From: a virus
Lineage: Duplodnaviria > Caudoviricetes
Reading direction: 5' to 3' (one strand)
DNA: 30,172 nucleotides
Virus record (IMG/VR): IMGVR_UViG_3300005077_000082
Coordinates: 1-30,172 of that record
The notes beneath the pieces were generated by a model. It was not told where the DNA came from and did not search any database. It worked only from the letters and a program-made list of their open reading frames with translations. Shown in pieces: positions 1 through 8,383 of this stretch. Both the position numbers and the translations under genes were made by a program. Numbering within the stretch: the stretch's first letter is position 1; every line of letters begins with the position of its first letter.

Positions 1-1
1 C

Positions 2-208
2 TGGTATGTGGACGAGAGCGGGCTAGCATTCCGTAACGCGGAACCCTACGCTGCTATCGGATCCGGAAAGCAGGTAGCGCTCGCTGCGCTTGACTGCCTG
101 CGCATGGTGCCGAGTCTCACACCGCGGCAGCGCATCACGCGCGCGCTTGAGTGCGCCGCGAGACGCACGGCACACGTGCGCCCGCCGTGGTACTGGGGTC
201 AAGTATGA
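2..208 (+). CDS. HslV/proteasome-beta-like Ntn-hydrolase, C-terminal part (5' truncated)
   Basis: Frame is open from the window edge. YAAIGSG..VALAAL followed by a helix ending ALECAA resembles the GSG motif region of HslV/proteasome beta subunits. ATGA overlap with the next gene. Confidence 0.6.
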   Translation, partial: WYVDESGLAFRNAEPYAAIGSGKQVALAALDCLRMVPSLTPRQRITRALECAARRTAHVRPPWYWGQV

Positions 209-552
209 TCCTGCTCGTCTACGTCGCTGCACCGTACCGCGCGCCGACCGTGCTCGGCGTGCTCGGCAACATCGCCCGCGCGACCGGCGTGTCACATGAC
301 ATCATGCGGCGATGCCCCGATGTCCTCGCGGTCGTGCCGCAGCTCAACACGGCGCTCTGCGACGAGCTGCGACCCGATGCATGGTGGCTCGCCGCTACCC
401 TGCGCCTCATGCGGCGCTGCGACGCGGTCTTCGTCGGCGGGCCGGAAACGCAGGGCGTGCGACAGGAGATCGAGGAGGCGCGCGCGTCCGGGATGCCGGT
501 CTTCAGATGCTTGCGCGACATCGAGCGCTGGGCGACAGATGGGAAAGAATGA
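205..552 (+). CDS. DUF4406/DUF1937-like protein (nucleoside 2-deoxyribosyltransferase-like fold)
   Basis: VYVAAPY ... LRLMRRCDAVFV ... TQGVRQEIEEARASGMPVF pattern. ATG at 205 is coupled to the upstream stop. Confidence 0.75.
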   Translation: MILLVYVAAPYRAPTVLGVLGNIARATGVSHDIMRRCPDVLAVVPQLNTALCDELRPDAWWLAATLRLMRRCDAVFVGGPETQGVRQEIEEARASGMPVFRCLRDIERWATDGKE

Positions 553-553
553 C

Positions 554-1381
554 ATGGCACGAGGCAGGCATTCGTTCGGTCGCGGTCTGGTTCTGGACCG
601 CGCGGTCACTCGCGACGCGGACCTAACGGTCGGTCGCGTGTTTGCGCCGACGGCAACGACGCGCGAAGCGGCGGCCGTGCAGGCGATCCCATGGATCCGC
701 AACCAGGGCAGCAGCCCTAGCTGCGTCGGCCAGGCACTCGCCGCATGCGTCGACGCCATGACCGACTCGCGGCCCGCGTGCTCGGCCGTCTCCATCTGGC
801 GTGAGGCGCGCCGGCGTCAGGGGCGCATCGAGCGGATCGACGAGGGGACCCGCCTCGAGTATGCCATCGCGGGTCTGGCCAGGCGCGGATGGGACCCGTA
901 CGTGCAAGGCGAGGAGCTCGACGCGAACGAGGCCGGAGATCAGGACGACCTTGCCGACGAGCTCTTCGCGGCAAGCCGCACCGCCGACGTCGTCTCGTGG
1001 CAACGCATCGACCTCCGCGACATGGCGCTTGCGGCGCTCGAGACGGCCATCGCGTCCGGTTACGGCGTCGTGATCGGCGTCGGCATCAAGCGCGACTTTG
1101 CCGAGTACTTCTCGCGACTGCAGCGGCAGGACCAGCCAGACGAGGTCCTCGGCCTGTCCGCGTTCGGCCGCACGGACGACGGTCACGCGCTGCGCGTCGT
1201 CGGGTTCGAGCACGTTCTCGGCGGCCATCAGTACATCATACAGAACTCATGGGGTCACGGCGGTGGATGCCACCTGCCAGGCGGCAAGTGGCAATCGGGT
1301 TGTTGCCGCATGACTGCCGGAGCGCTGCTCTCCGCGTGGGACGTGTACGCGGTTCGACTGCAGAATGGGGGCGCATCGTGA
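554..1381 (+). CDS. Papain-like cysteine peptidase (C1 family)
   Basis: RNQGSSPSCVG (oxyanion Gln, catalytic Cys), GHALRVVGF (His), IIQNSWG (Asn). Confidence 0.85.
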   Translation: MARGRHSFGRGLVLDRAVTRDADLTVGRVFAPTATTREAAAVQAIPWIRNQGSSPSCVGQALAACVDAMTDSRPACSAVSIWREARRRQGRIERIDEGTRLEYAIAGLARRGWDPYVQGEELDANEAGDQDDLADELFAASRTADVVSWQRIDLRDMALAALETAIASGYGVVIGVGIKRDFAEYFSRLQRQDQPDEVLGLSAFGRTDDGHALRVVGFEHVLGGHQYIIQNSWGHGGGCHLPGGKWQSGCCRMTAGALLSAWDVYAVRLQNGGAS

Positions 1382-2121
1382 CGTCGCATTCCCAAGCTCG
1401 TGAGCTTGCCGAGCTCGCGCTACAGCATGTCTTCGGCGTCGCGCACACGCAGGAGGTGCGTCATCTCGCCGGCATCGGCTGCCTCGAGACGCACTACGGC
1501 GACGCCTGGAAAGGGGCTGGCAAGGGCTCGCACAACATCGGGGCGATCCAGGCCGGCGCGTCGTGGAGGGGCGCGGTCTTCGGCGCGGACGACACGCACC
1601 CGAACGCGGACGGCTCCTCGTCGCGGTACGCGGCGCGCTTTCGCGTCTACGCGGACCCGATCGGCGGATGGATCGACCTGGCCCGCGTCGCCTTCGTGCT
1701 GCGCGCCCGTGATGTCGTGCGCGCGGCCGCCGTCGTCGGAGATACCCGCGGCGTGAGCGAGCAGCTCCACCGGACGGGATATTACGAGGGATTCGGCGCG
1801 ACCGTCGACGACCGCATCCACAATCACTACCGGGCGCTTTCGCGTGCCATCGCTGCCGCCGACCGCGCATGCCGCACGCTCCCGCCGGTGCCGGGCCTGC
1901 CGATTCCCGCGAGCGCCGCACCGCCGACCGTGCGGATCGGTAGCACCGGGGCTGACGTCGCCGAGCTGCAACGCGAGCTCGGCATCGCGGCGGACGGAAT
2001 CTTCGGGCCGGTCACGCGCCGCGCCGTTCGCGCCGCGCAGCGCAAGCTCGGCCTCGCGGTCGACGGCGTCGTTGGACCGATCACATGGGCAGCACTCCTA
2101 CAGGGCAAGGGCACGACATGA
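1378..2121 (+). CDS. Endolysin: GH73/glucosaminidase-like domain plus C-terminal PG_binding_1 domain
   Basis: LETHYG...HNIGAIQAG..W.G...ARFRVY...GYY matches the FlgJ/GH73 layout. C-terminus GSTGADVAELQRELGIAADGIFGPVTRRAV...LAVDGVVGPITW is a classic peptidoglycan-binding motif. GTGA overlap. Confidence 0.8.
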   Translation: MTSHSQARELAELALQHVFGVAHTQEVRHLAGIGCLETHYGDAWKGAGKGSHNIGAIQAGASWRGAVFGADDTHPNADGSSSRYAARFRVYADPIGGWIDLARVAFVLRARDVVRAAAVVGDTRGVSEQLHRTGYYEGFGATVDDRIHNHYRALSRAIAAADRACRTLPPVPGLPIPASAAPPTVRIGSTGADVAELQRELGIAADGIFGPVTRRAVRAAQRKLGLAVDGVVGPITWAALLQGKGTT

Positions 2122-2387
2122 CCGGAGACATACTCGCAGCAGTGACAGCGATGCATCAGAGAATCGTGGCGCTCGAGGACGCATCGGATCGACAGACCGA
2201 TCTGCTGCAGGAGATCAAGGGCCTCTTGGTCCTGCAGGCCGAGGAGCTCGCCACGGTTCGCGGCCGGCTGCTGCAGTCCGCCGATGACCACGGGCGAGCC
2301 ATTCGCGAGCTCGCCGGCCGCTGCGGAACCATGCAATGCCACTACCACCGGGAGGAGCGGGCGAATGGATCAGGATCTTCGACGTGA
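2118..2387 (+). CDS. Hypothetical coiled-coil protein (lysis cassette)
   Basis: ATGA overlap with the endolysin; heptad-like Leu pattern. Confidence 0.6.
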   Translation: MTGDILAAVTAMHQRIVALEDASDRQTDLLQEIKGLLVLQAEELATVRGRLLQSADDHGRAIRELAGRCGTMQCHYHREERANGSGSST

Positions 2388-2661
2388 GCTGCGCGAAGAG
2401 ACGGAACGTGCGCTCGACGCGATGCGCGAGCACTCGCACCGCGATGACGCCGACGGCCGCGACCGGTGGGACGAGCCGACGCATCCCGTGATCGTGGTGC
2501 AACCGCCGGCCCCGATCATCCGCGAGTCGCGCGGCAGCTCGAGCCATCCGCCGGGCAAGGGCTGGACGCGCAACCCGGCCACCATCGCGGCCGCCATCGC
2601 CGGGCTCGCCGGCGCGCTCTACGCGCTAGCCGAAGCCATCCGCGCCGCAACAGGACACTAA
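2365..2661 (+). CDS. Membrane protein with one C-terminal TM helix, possible holin or lysis accessory
   Basis: GGAGGAG RBS; hydrophobic IAAAIAGLAGALYALA near the C-terminus; lies downstream of the endolysin. Confidence 0.5.
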   Translation: MDQDLRRELREETERALDAMREHSHRDDADGRDRWDEPTHPVIVVQPPAPIIRESRGSSSHPPGKGWTRNPATIAAAIAGLAGALYALAEAIRAATGH

Positions 2662-2682
2662 CCGCAACAGAACGGAGACACC

Positions 2683-3078
2683 ATGGCAAGCGCCGTCTAC
2701 CCGAAGGCTCTGATCGCCCTCATGAAGGGCGACATCGACCTCGAAGCAGGGAACATCAAGTGCGCCCTCATCGACACCGCAGATGAGAGCTATAACTCCG
2801 CGGACGAGTTCCTCTCGGACATCACCGGCGCGGGCATCGTCGCGACGTCGGGCAACCTCGCGTCGAAGACACTGGGCGTGGTCGGAACCGGCGTGTTCGA
2901 TGCCGCCGACATCACCATCTCGGGCGTCTCTGGCGATTCGGTCGAGGCAGTGATCGTCTACGTCGACACCGGCGTCGCTGGAACGAGCGCGCTGCTCTGC
3001 TGGCTGGACGCGACGCTGACGCCTAACGGCAACGACGTAACGGTACAGTGGAACGCCAGCGGCATATTCTCGATCTGA
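2683..3078 (+). CDS. Virion structural / minor tail protein
   Basis: GGAG RBS. GDIDL...IKCALID...FLSDI...VFDAADIT...TPNGNDVTVQWNASGIF is a recurrent phage tail-associated family pattern. Confidence 0.7.
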   Translation: MASAVYPKALIALMKGDIDLEAGNIKCALIDTADESYNSADEFLSDITGAGIVATSGNLASKTLGVVGTGVFDAADITISGVSGDSVEAVIVYVDTGVAGTSALLCWLDATLTPNGNDVTVQWNASGIFSI

Positions 3079-3091
3079 CGGTGAGTCACTG

Positions 3092-3667
3092 ATGGCAACG
3101 AACACGATCACGACCAAGGACGCAAGCGACGTCACGAAAACGCTGGCGACCGTCGATGTGGAATCTGGCGTGCTGCTCGGTGCCTCCGCGGCGACGCGCC
3201 TGCGGTACCTGCACAAGGTCACCGACGCATTCGGCGTCACCACGACCGCCTACGCGGCCAACGACGTCGTCGACACCAAGATCACGCTGTCAGCGGTTGC
3301 TGCGCGCAATGGCGCGAGCCTGGCAATCGTCAATGCAAAGATCGTCATGGCGCAGTCGATGCCTTCCACGAATCCGATCTTCGTGCTGCACATATTCAAC
3401 CAGGACCCGTCAAGCTCGACGTTCACCGACAACAGCGGCATCGCGGTCGTCGAGGCGGACGCTGCTTACTACGCCGGAGCGATCGACATGACGGGCTATC
3501 GGCGGCTCGCAAGCGGCGTCTACGTCTTCGACTCCGGTTCCGTCTCGCTCGAGTGCCAGTGTGCGTCCGGCGCCGATGACCTTTACGCGGTCCTCGAGAT
3601 CAAGTCAGCAACCACGTTTGCGGCGGACGAGATGCACCTGCACTTGACGATCGAGCAGGACAGGTAA
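3092..3667 (+). CDS. Putative virion protein (beta-rich)
   Basis: Thr/Ala/Val-rich 191 aa with good codon bias, among structural genes. Confidence 0.55.
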   Translation: MATNTITTKDASDVTKTLATVDVESGVLLGASAATRLRYLHKVTDAFGVTTTAYAANDVVDTKITLSAVAARNGASLAIVNAKIVMAQSMPSTNPIFVLHIFNQDPSSSTFTDNSGIAVVEADAAYYAGAIDMTGYRRLASGVYVFDSGSVSLECQCASGADDLYAVLEIKSATTFAADEMHLHLTIEQDR

Positions 3668-3670
3668 GAC

Positions 3671-4441
3671 ATGCCGCGAGGCCGCAATAGGGGACGCACG
3701 CGGGAGTCGCAGCTATGGACGCCGGCGGCGCTAAACACGGCGGACATCTGCTTCTGGTATGACATGGCGGACCCGACCGCTTTTCGCGTCGAGGGCCAAG
3801 GCGTTTCGTGGCTCAGGAACAAGTTCGGCAACTCGGGAAACGCCACGCAGACGACCGACGCCCTGCGGGTGCCCTACAGCGACGGGTGCGCGGCGTCGCG
3901 CGGCAAGCCGTGCATGCTCTGGCCCGACACGGCAAACGCCTACACGTTGGAGATGGCTGCATGGTCCGGATCCAACTGGACCGCGCTATTTGCGGCGATC
4001 GGCTACCGCGACGGCACCATCTGGAGTTTCGACGACAACTGTCACGTCCTTGGCAACGCCACGACCGAGGGCGTCGCGCGGCTGTTCGGGACGAGCGGCT
4101 CGTCGCAGTGGGGCACGACATCGCAGTCCTCCAACGGCCGCCGCAAGAATGGCCGTGTCGCGTCGAACTCCACCGCACTGGCTTTCCCGTTCGGGATCAT
4201 GAGGTGGTCCATCAACAACAACACCAAGCCGACGCGGCTCGGCTGGGGTTACGGCTCCGGCAATCGCGGCTGGCGCGGTCCGATGTCGGAGCTGATCGCG
4301 ACGCGCAATACGAGCAAGCACGGCGTGCTCATGATCGAAGGCTACCTCTGCCACAAGTGGGGTGTCGTTGACCAGCTACGCGCGGATCACCCGTTTAAGT
4401 TCTTTCCGCCGCTGATGTCGCATCAAGGCGTGCGCTACTGA
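3671..4441 (+). CDS. LamG/concanavalin-like tail or receptor-binding protein
   Basis: WTPAAL...FWYDMAD...VSWLRNKFGN..NATQ at the N-terminus and IEGYLCHKWG...DHPFK..PP at the C-terminus, typical of phage LamG-like modules. Confidence 0.7.
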   Translation: MPRGRNRGRTRESQLWTPAALNTADICFWYDMADPTAFRVEGQGVSWLRNKFGNSGNATQTTDALRVPYSDGCAASRGKPCMLWPDTANAYTLEMAAWSGSNWTALFAAIGYRDGTIWSFDDNCHVLGNATTEGVARLFGTSGSSQWGTTSQSSNGRRKNGRVASNSTALAFPFGIMRWSINNNTKPTRLGWGYGSGNRGWRGPMSELIATRNTSKHGVLMIEGYLCHKWGVVDQLRADHPFKFFPPLMSHQGVRY

Positions 4442-4443
4442 CC

Positions 4444-5586
4444 ATGGGCTACGTCTCCCCGCTCTGGGCAGCGACGGGTCTGCCGCTGTCGACCGCGGAC
4501 GCGGCGGCGCAGCCCATCGAGCCAGGCTTTGCGTCGCGGACGGCCGCGGGGTTTGCGGCGGCGCTTGCGCCTTGCTTGGGGGCTGCGGCGGCCCTGCGTT
4601 CGGCGGCCGGCGTCGCGGTCGCCATCGCGATGACGGCGACGCCTGGCGCCGCCTCGAGGTCGACGTCGGCGTTTGCTGTTGCGCTCGAGCCCGCGGTCGC
4701 TCCGTCGCCGGCGGCACGCACGTCGTCGGCGTGGGCGACGGCAATGGCACAGGTCGCGACGCCTGGCGCCGCCTCGAGGTCGACGTCGGCGAGCGCCGTT
4801 GCGCTTGCCCAGCATGCGCGTCCTTCGTCGGCCAGCTTGACGTCGGCAGCGTGGGTGACGGCGATCCGCCAGGTCGCGACGCCCGATGCCGCGCCGAGGT
4901 CCTGCACCGGTCTCGCGCCCGGGATTGCCCAGTCGGTCGTGCTCGAGCTGACGGAACGGACGCCGGAGGCCCTGCCGGTGTCGCTCGCCACGACGGCGAC
5001 GCCTGCGCCGGCGACCAGCGACGCGCAGGCTTGGGCTCCCTGGCTGTCGTCCGCGACCGAGCTGGACATCGCCTTTGCTTCCCGCGCGGCGCTGGCGTGG
5101 CGGACGTCCGGCTACGCTCACACACTGGGCGCCGTCGGCGTCGTCGAGATCGACCAGGCGCCGACGCATGCGGTGCGACTTGCCGTCATCGCCGCAGCCA
5201 CCGCAGCGGCGTCATGCGAGCAGGCAGACGCCGCTCGCGGCGGACCGCCGACCGCGACCGTGTCGGCCACGGTAGCGGCGCCTGCACTTCCCCGTAAGGC
5301 AACAGCGGAGACCATCATGGCCACCTATCGCATCGGGCAGACAGTGACCCTGCGCTGCACGTTCTCGTCCACGCCGGCGTCCGTGGAGCTGCGCGTTCGG
5401 TTCGGCGGCGACGCCGAGACCGTCTACACCGACGCGACGTCGGGCGACGGTCTCACGTTCTCGCGCGATGTCGTCGTGCGCGCCGCCGGCGTGCGGATGT
5501 CCTACTACTGGATCGGGACATGGGCCGACGGCTCGACGGCGGTGGACGAGGCGTCGCTCACGTCGGAGCCTAGCGCGTTCGCCTGA
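4444..5586 (+). CDS. Ala/Thr-rich repeat virion protein with C-terminal beta-sandwich-like domain
   Basis: 20/40-aa repeats; C-terminal 89 aa (MATYRIGQTVTLRCTF...) is beta-strand rich. Confidence 0.55.
   Translation: MGYVSPLWAATGLPLSTADAAAQPIEPGFASRTAAGFAAALAPCLGAAAALRSAAGVAVAIAMTATPGAASRSTSAFAVALEPAVAPSPAARTSSAWATAMAQVATPGAASRSTSASAVALAQHARPSSASLTSAAWVTAIRQVATPDAAPRSCTGLAPGIAQSVVLELTERTPEALPVSLATTATPAPATSDAQAWAPWLSSATELDIAFASRAALAWRTSGYAHTLGAVGVVEIDQAPTHAVRLAVIAAATAAASCEQADAARGGPPTATVSATVAAPALPRKATAETIMATYRIGQTVTLRCTFSSTPASVELRVRFGGDAETVYTDATSGDGLTFSRDVVVRAAGVRMSYYWIGTWADGSTAVDEASLTSEPSAFA
4501..4920 (+). repeat. Intragenic tandem repeat, 60-bp unit with 120-bp higher-order period
   Basis: gcgacgcctggcgccgcctcgaggtcgacgtcggcg at 4636 and 4756, with a degenerate copy at 4876; cgtcggc(agc)gtggg(c/t)gacg in the alternate units. 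Confidence 0.8.
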
Positions 5587-5827
5587 TGCGCCACCGTGCG
5601 CGGCGGTGGTCCCGCCGGTCGTGCGTCACGACGACCGGCCAGCCAGCGCGCCGAATCGTGACGAGGTCGCGGTAGAGGGTAGCCCGCGACAACCCCACTC
5701 CCCGGGTCAGCTGCGATGCAGTGAGACCCGGGGAGTTTGCCGCGCGCAGCGCCAGGAGCAGCCGGGCGATGCGCGCGCCGGTCGACCTGCACCCGTGCAG
5801 ACGGGTCAGCTTGTCACGGCGCGGCAT
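5570..5827 (-). CDS. Stand-alone winged HTH protein (HTH_11, WYL-regulator N-terminus-like)
   Basis: RIARLLLALR...GLTASQLTRGVGLSRATLYRDLVTIRRAGWPV. Confidence 0.75.
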   Translation of the reverse strand: MPRRDKLTRLHGCRSTGARIARLLLALRAANSPGLTASQLTRGVGLSRATLYRDLVTIRRAGWPVVVTHDRRDHRRARWRIRRTR

Positions 5828-6203
5828 CGTCGCCCCGCAGGATCAGCTCGAGCTCACGGTTCCCGGCCCGGAGCTCGAGGGCAACGACGACGAGCGCGGT
5901 GGCGTGCGCCTGGTCGTGCGCGATGCGCCTTACCCTGTGCCACGGGTTAGACCCTACATTGCCAGCCGCATCGGCCAGGTCTTCGGCCGCCATGGTCAGG
6001 GACAGATGCGCACCGCGTAGGTCCTCCGTCGCGGCGAAGACGTCGTCGAGGTGCGCGCCGAACCGGCGCAGGGCCCCAAGCGCGTCACGCCACGCGCGAC
6101 CGCGCTGCGCGACAACGTGATCGACGTACCGAGACGGGCACGGCAGGCGAGCGAGCACGTCGACGGTTTCAGGATCCAGGGACAGGGTCTTCTTGCGTCT
6201 CAT
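5814..6203 (-). CDS. Hypothetical protein with possible N-terminal ribbon-helix-helix
   Basis: MRRKKTLSLDPETVDVLARL...SRYVDHVV; AAGGA RBS; ATGA overlap. Confidence 0.55.
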   Translation of the reverse strand: MRRKKTLSLDPETVDVLARLPCPSRYVDHVVAQRGRAWRDALGALRRFGAHLDDVFAATEDLRGAHLSLTMAAEDLADAAGNVGSNPWHRVRRIAHDQAHATALVVVALELRAGNRELELILRGDDAAP

Positions 6204-6355
6204 TGTTCCTTCTCCTTGTACCAGTCGGGAGGCTGTCCTTCGACGACGCCTCCGCACTGCGAGCATCGCCAGTGCGGCCCCGCGTCAGGTGACGGCGCGA
6301 ATCGACACGGCACCGTCTCCTGACATTCTGGACACCACATCTCGCGATCACTCAC
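6200..6355 (-). CDS. Small zinc-ribbon protein
   Basis: GGAGG RBS and GTG start; CPEC and CSQC motifs; 51 aa. Confidence 0.65.
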   Translation of the reverse strand: MSDREMWCPECQETVPCRFAPSPDAGPHWRCSQCGGVVEGQPPDWYKEKEQ

Positions 6356-6812
6356 GACTACCTCCGACGTGCCGCAAGTCAGCGGCCTGTAAGTCCCACT
6401 CGTCCTCTCGCGCGGCATCAATGGCTCGCGCGGCCGCAAACGCGCACTCGGCGCCTTGCATCGCGAAGTATCCCGCCAGCCCTGCGGCGTCGCGGGATAC
6501 CGCGCGCGCCACGGCGCAGACGTCCGGTCCACACACGCGATCGACGATGGCGCCGAGCGCGACGGAGACCTTGTCGCGCTTGTCGACCTTGGACGCCGCC
6601 GCGTCTCGCCATCCGTCGAGCTCGCGCTGCACGGCCGAGCCGCGCACGAATCGATCGGCCGCCTCAAGCGCCATCCACATCTCGGCGGGTGGCTCGCGCA
6701 GGCTGGCGCGCGACCGTGCGAGGGCGCGGGTAGCCGTGAGCACGAGGAAGGCCCGGGTCTGGGTTGGCGTGCGCGACGACAGCAACTGCGAAACGATACT
6801 GTCCGTGGTCAC
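6348..6812 (-). CDS. Imm5-like helical phage protein
   Basis: RAL...ALEAADRFVRG...EL...RDAA...EWDLQAADL pattern; GTGA overlap. Confidence 0.5.
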   Translation of the reverse strand: MTTDSIVSQLLSSRTPTQTRAFLVLTATRALARSRASLREPPAEMWMALEAADRFVRGSAVQRELDGWRDAAASKVDKRDKVSVALGAIVDRVCGPDVCAVARAVSRDAAGLAGYFAMQGAECAFAAARAIDAAREDEWDLQAADLRHVGGSRE

Positions 6813-7264
6813 GACACGGCCTCCGCGTCGGGACCGGTGGCGGCCGCGACCCACGCCCGGCAGGAGACACGCGCCGCGAACTCGCAGCGCCGCGCCGCGA
6901 CGAGCACGGGACAGTCTGCCGGAGAGAGAGACCGGATGATCTGCTGCACCTCGACGTCTCCTGCCTCCGTTGCCCCCATGACCCGACCGAGCGCCTGGAT
7001 TGTGGCGTTGACTGTCTTCGCCATGGCCGCCAGCTCCCGGTCGGAATCGGGGTCGTAACCTCCCGCGAGCACAGCCAACAGGTGGATCAGCCCGGCTGCT
7101 TCCCTTCGCGCGTCCAGGTAGGATGCGATCGCTGGGTCCAGCTCGATGCCTGGACCGGCGAGGCAGATCAAGGTTCCGAGGACCCGCTGCTGCGCGAGGG
7201 TCAGCGCCGACACGGCGTCGATGGCGGACCTAGCGGCGGTGGCTTCGTGCGATTCTGCGTTCAT
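6809..7264 (-). CDS. Hypothetical protein
   Basis: GGAGG RBS and ATG at 7264; coupled to the next gene. Confidence 0.6.
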   Translation of the reverse strand: MNAESHEATAARSAIDAVSALTLAQQRVLGTLICLAGPGIELDPAIASYLDARREAAGLIHLLAVLAGGYDPDSDRELAAMAKTVNATIQALGRVMGATEAGDVEVQQIIRSLSPADCPVLVAARRCEFAARVSCRAWVAAATGPDAEAVS

Positions 7265-7279
7265 GGTTGCCTCCTGGGT

Positions 7280-7313
7280 GCCCGACGGGGCGCGTGGGCG
7301 CCCCATGGCGGGC
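7280..7313 (-). other. Intergenic GC hairpin just upstream of an RBS
   Basis: ggggcgc-gtgg-gcgcccc flanked by gcccg/cgggc. Confidence 0.5.
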
Positions 7314-7331
7314 CTTTGCGTTGTTGTGGGG

Positions 7332-7520
7332 TCAGTCCTCGAGCGCCCGGGCGACCATCGCCACGGCGCGTCGCTCATCCGCGGGTGATGCGTCCGACCC
7401 GAGCGGCCGGGTCGCCGTCATGCACCCGTCATCGACGTCGACGCAGACGTCGCCGCGCCGGCACCGAAGGACGAACCGCATGGTGTCATCTACCTGTGGG
7501 ATTACATCGACGATCTTCAT
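7332..7520 (-). CDS. Hypothetical protein (62 aa)
   Basis: GAGG RBS; ATGA overlap with the upstream gene. Confidence 0.6.
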   Translation of the reverse strand: MKIVDVIPQVDDTMRFVLRCRRGDVCVDVDDGCMTATRPLGSDASPADERRAVAMVARALED

Positions 7521-8311
7521 TCCTCTACCTCCGCCTTGAGCAGGTCGGCGATCTGGTGCTCCTTCGCCGCGTCTGCGAGCAGCTCGCTCGGGCAGGGCGG
7601 CTCTACCTCGTCGATCTGGGTGGACCCCATCTCGACGACTTCTCCGGTTCGGAGTTCCCGCACCCACCAGTCGACCCATACTGGCAGGTCCGGCCGGTCC
7701 TCGGGATCCATCTCCTCGATCCAGTCGCGCCTCCGCGCGAACTCGCTGGCCGCCGTCACGGCAGCGTCCAGCGTCGCGTGGACGACCGGCGAGGAGATGC
7801 CCTGGGAGTCGCAGTCGAGCCAGCCCCATGGGGCCGACTCGAGGACCTCAGCGACCTCCTGCGTCGCCGGGTCGTCGCCCCATGGGCGCTCGATCCGCGA
7901 CATGTCCTCGACGGCGTCGTGGTATGCCGCGATGTCGCCATGCTCCGCGGCGACCACCGCGCGAAATTGGGCGGCTTCCCAGCTCTCCTGATCGGCCGCA
8001 TACTGCGCGGCCCGCGTAGTCCCATCGCCGGGCTCTTCGCCCGGTCCATGCCAGTGATCCCACCAGTCCACGCAGCGGGCGGTGTCGGCGGCGAGCACCA
8101 GCGCGTTCGGGATGGCCCGCCCGGCGATCCAGACGCCGGCGGCCTTCACCTGGCGTAGGTCGTCCTCATCGACGATGATCCACTCAGTGTTCGGAGTGGC
8201 TCGCGAGACGGTCTCGATCTCGAGCAGCGCGTCGGCGACGGATGCGAAACCGTCCGGCTCGGAGAACAGTAGATTCTTCGGGTCTGATCGGGGAACGATG
8301 TGATAGGTCAT
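7517..8311 (-). CDS. Acidic hypothetical early protein (264 aa)
   Basis: First gene after the 8332-8360 promoter; AGGA RBS; typical codon bias. Confidence 0.7.
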   Translation of the reverse strand: MTYHIVPRSDPKNLLFSEPDGFASVADALLEIETVSRATPNTEWIIVDEDDLRQVKAAGVWIAGRAIPNALVLAADTARCVDWWDHWHGPGEEPGDGTTRAAQYAADQESWEAAQFRAVVAAEHGDIAAYHDAVEDMSRIERPWGDDPATQEVAEVLESAPWGWLDCDSQGISSPVVHATLDAAVTAASEFARRRDWIEEMDPEDRPDLPVWVDWWVRELRTGEVVEMGSTQIDEVEPPCPSELLADAAKEHQIADLLKAEVEE

Positions 8312-8331
8312 GCTTCCTGCCTTTCATGAGT

Positions 8332-8360
8332 GTTATACGCCCGAATGGCGGTATGGGCAA
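8332..8360 (-). promoter_or_regulatory. Sigma70-type promoter driving the 8311-to-5570 gene cluster
   Basis: Minus strand reads TTGCCC-N17-TATAAC, ending 20 nt upstream of the ATG at 8311. Confidence 0.75.
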
Positions 8361-8383
8361 GGGGAATCGACCATGCCGAAAAA

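Noticed and set aside
3671-4441. AAC-rich stretch in a receptor-binding-like gene suggesting a diversity-generating retroelement
   Set aside because: No reverse transcriptase and no template/variable repeat pair seen in the window.
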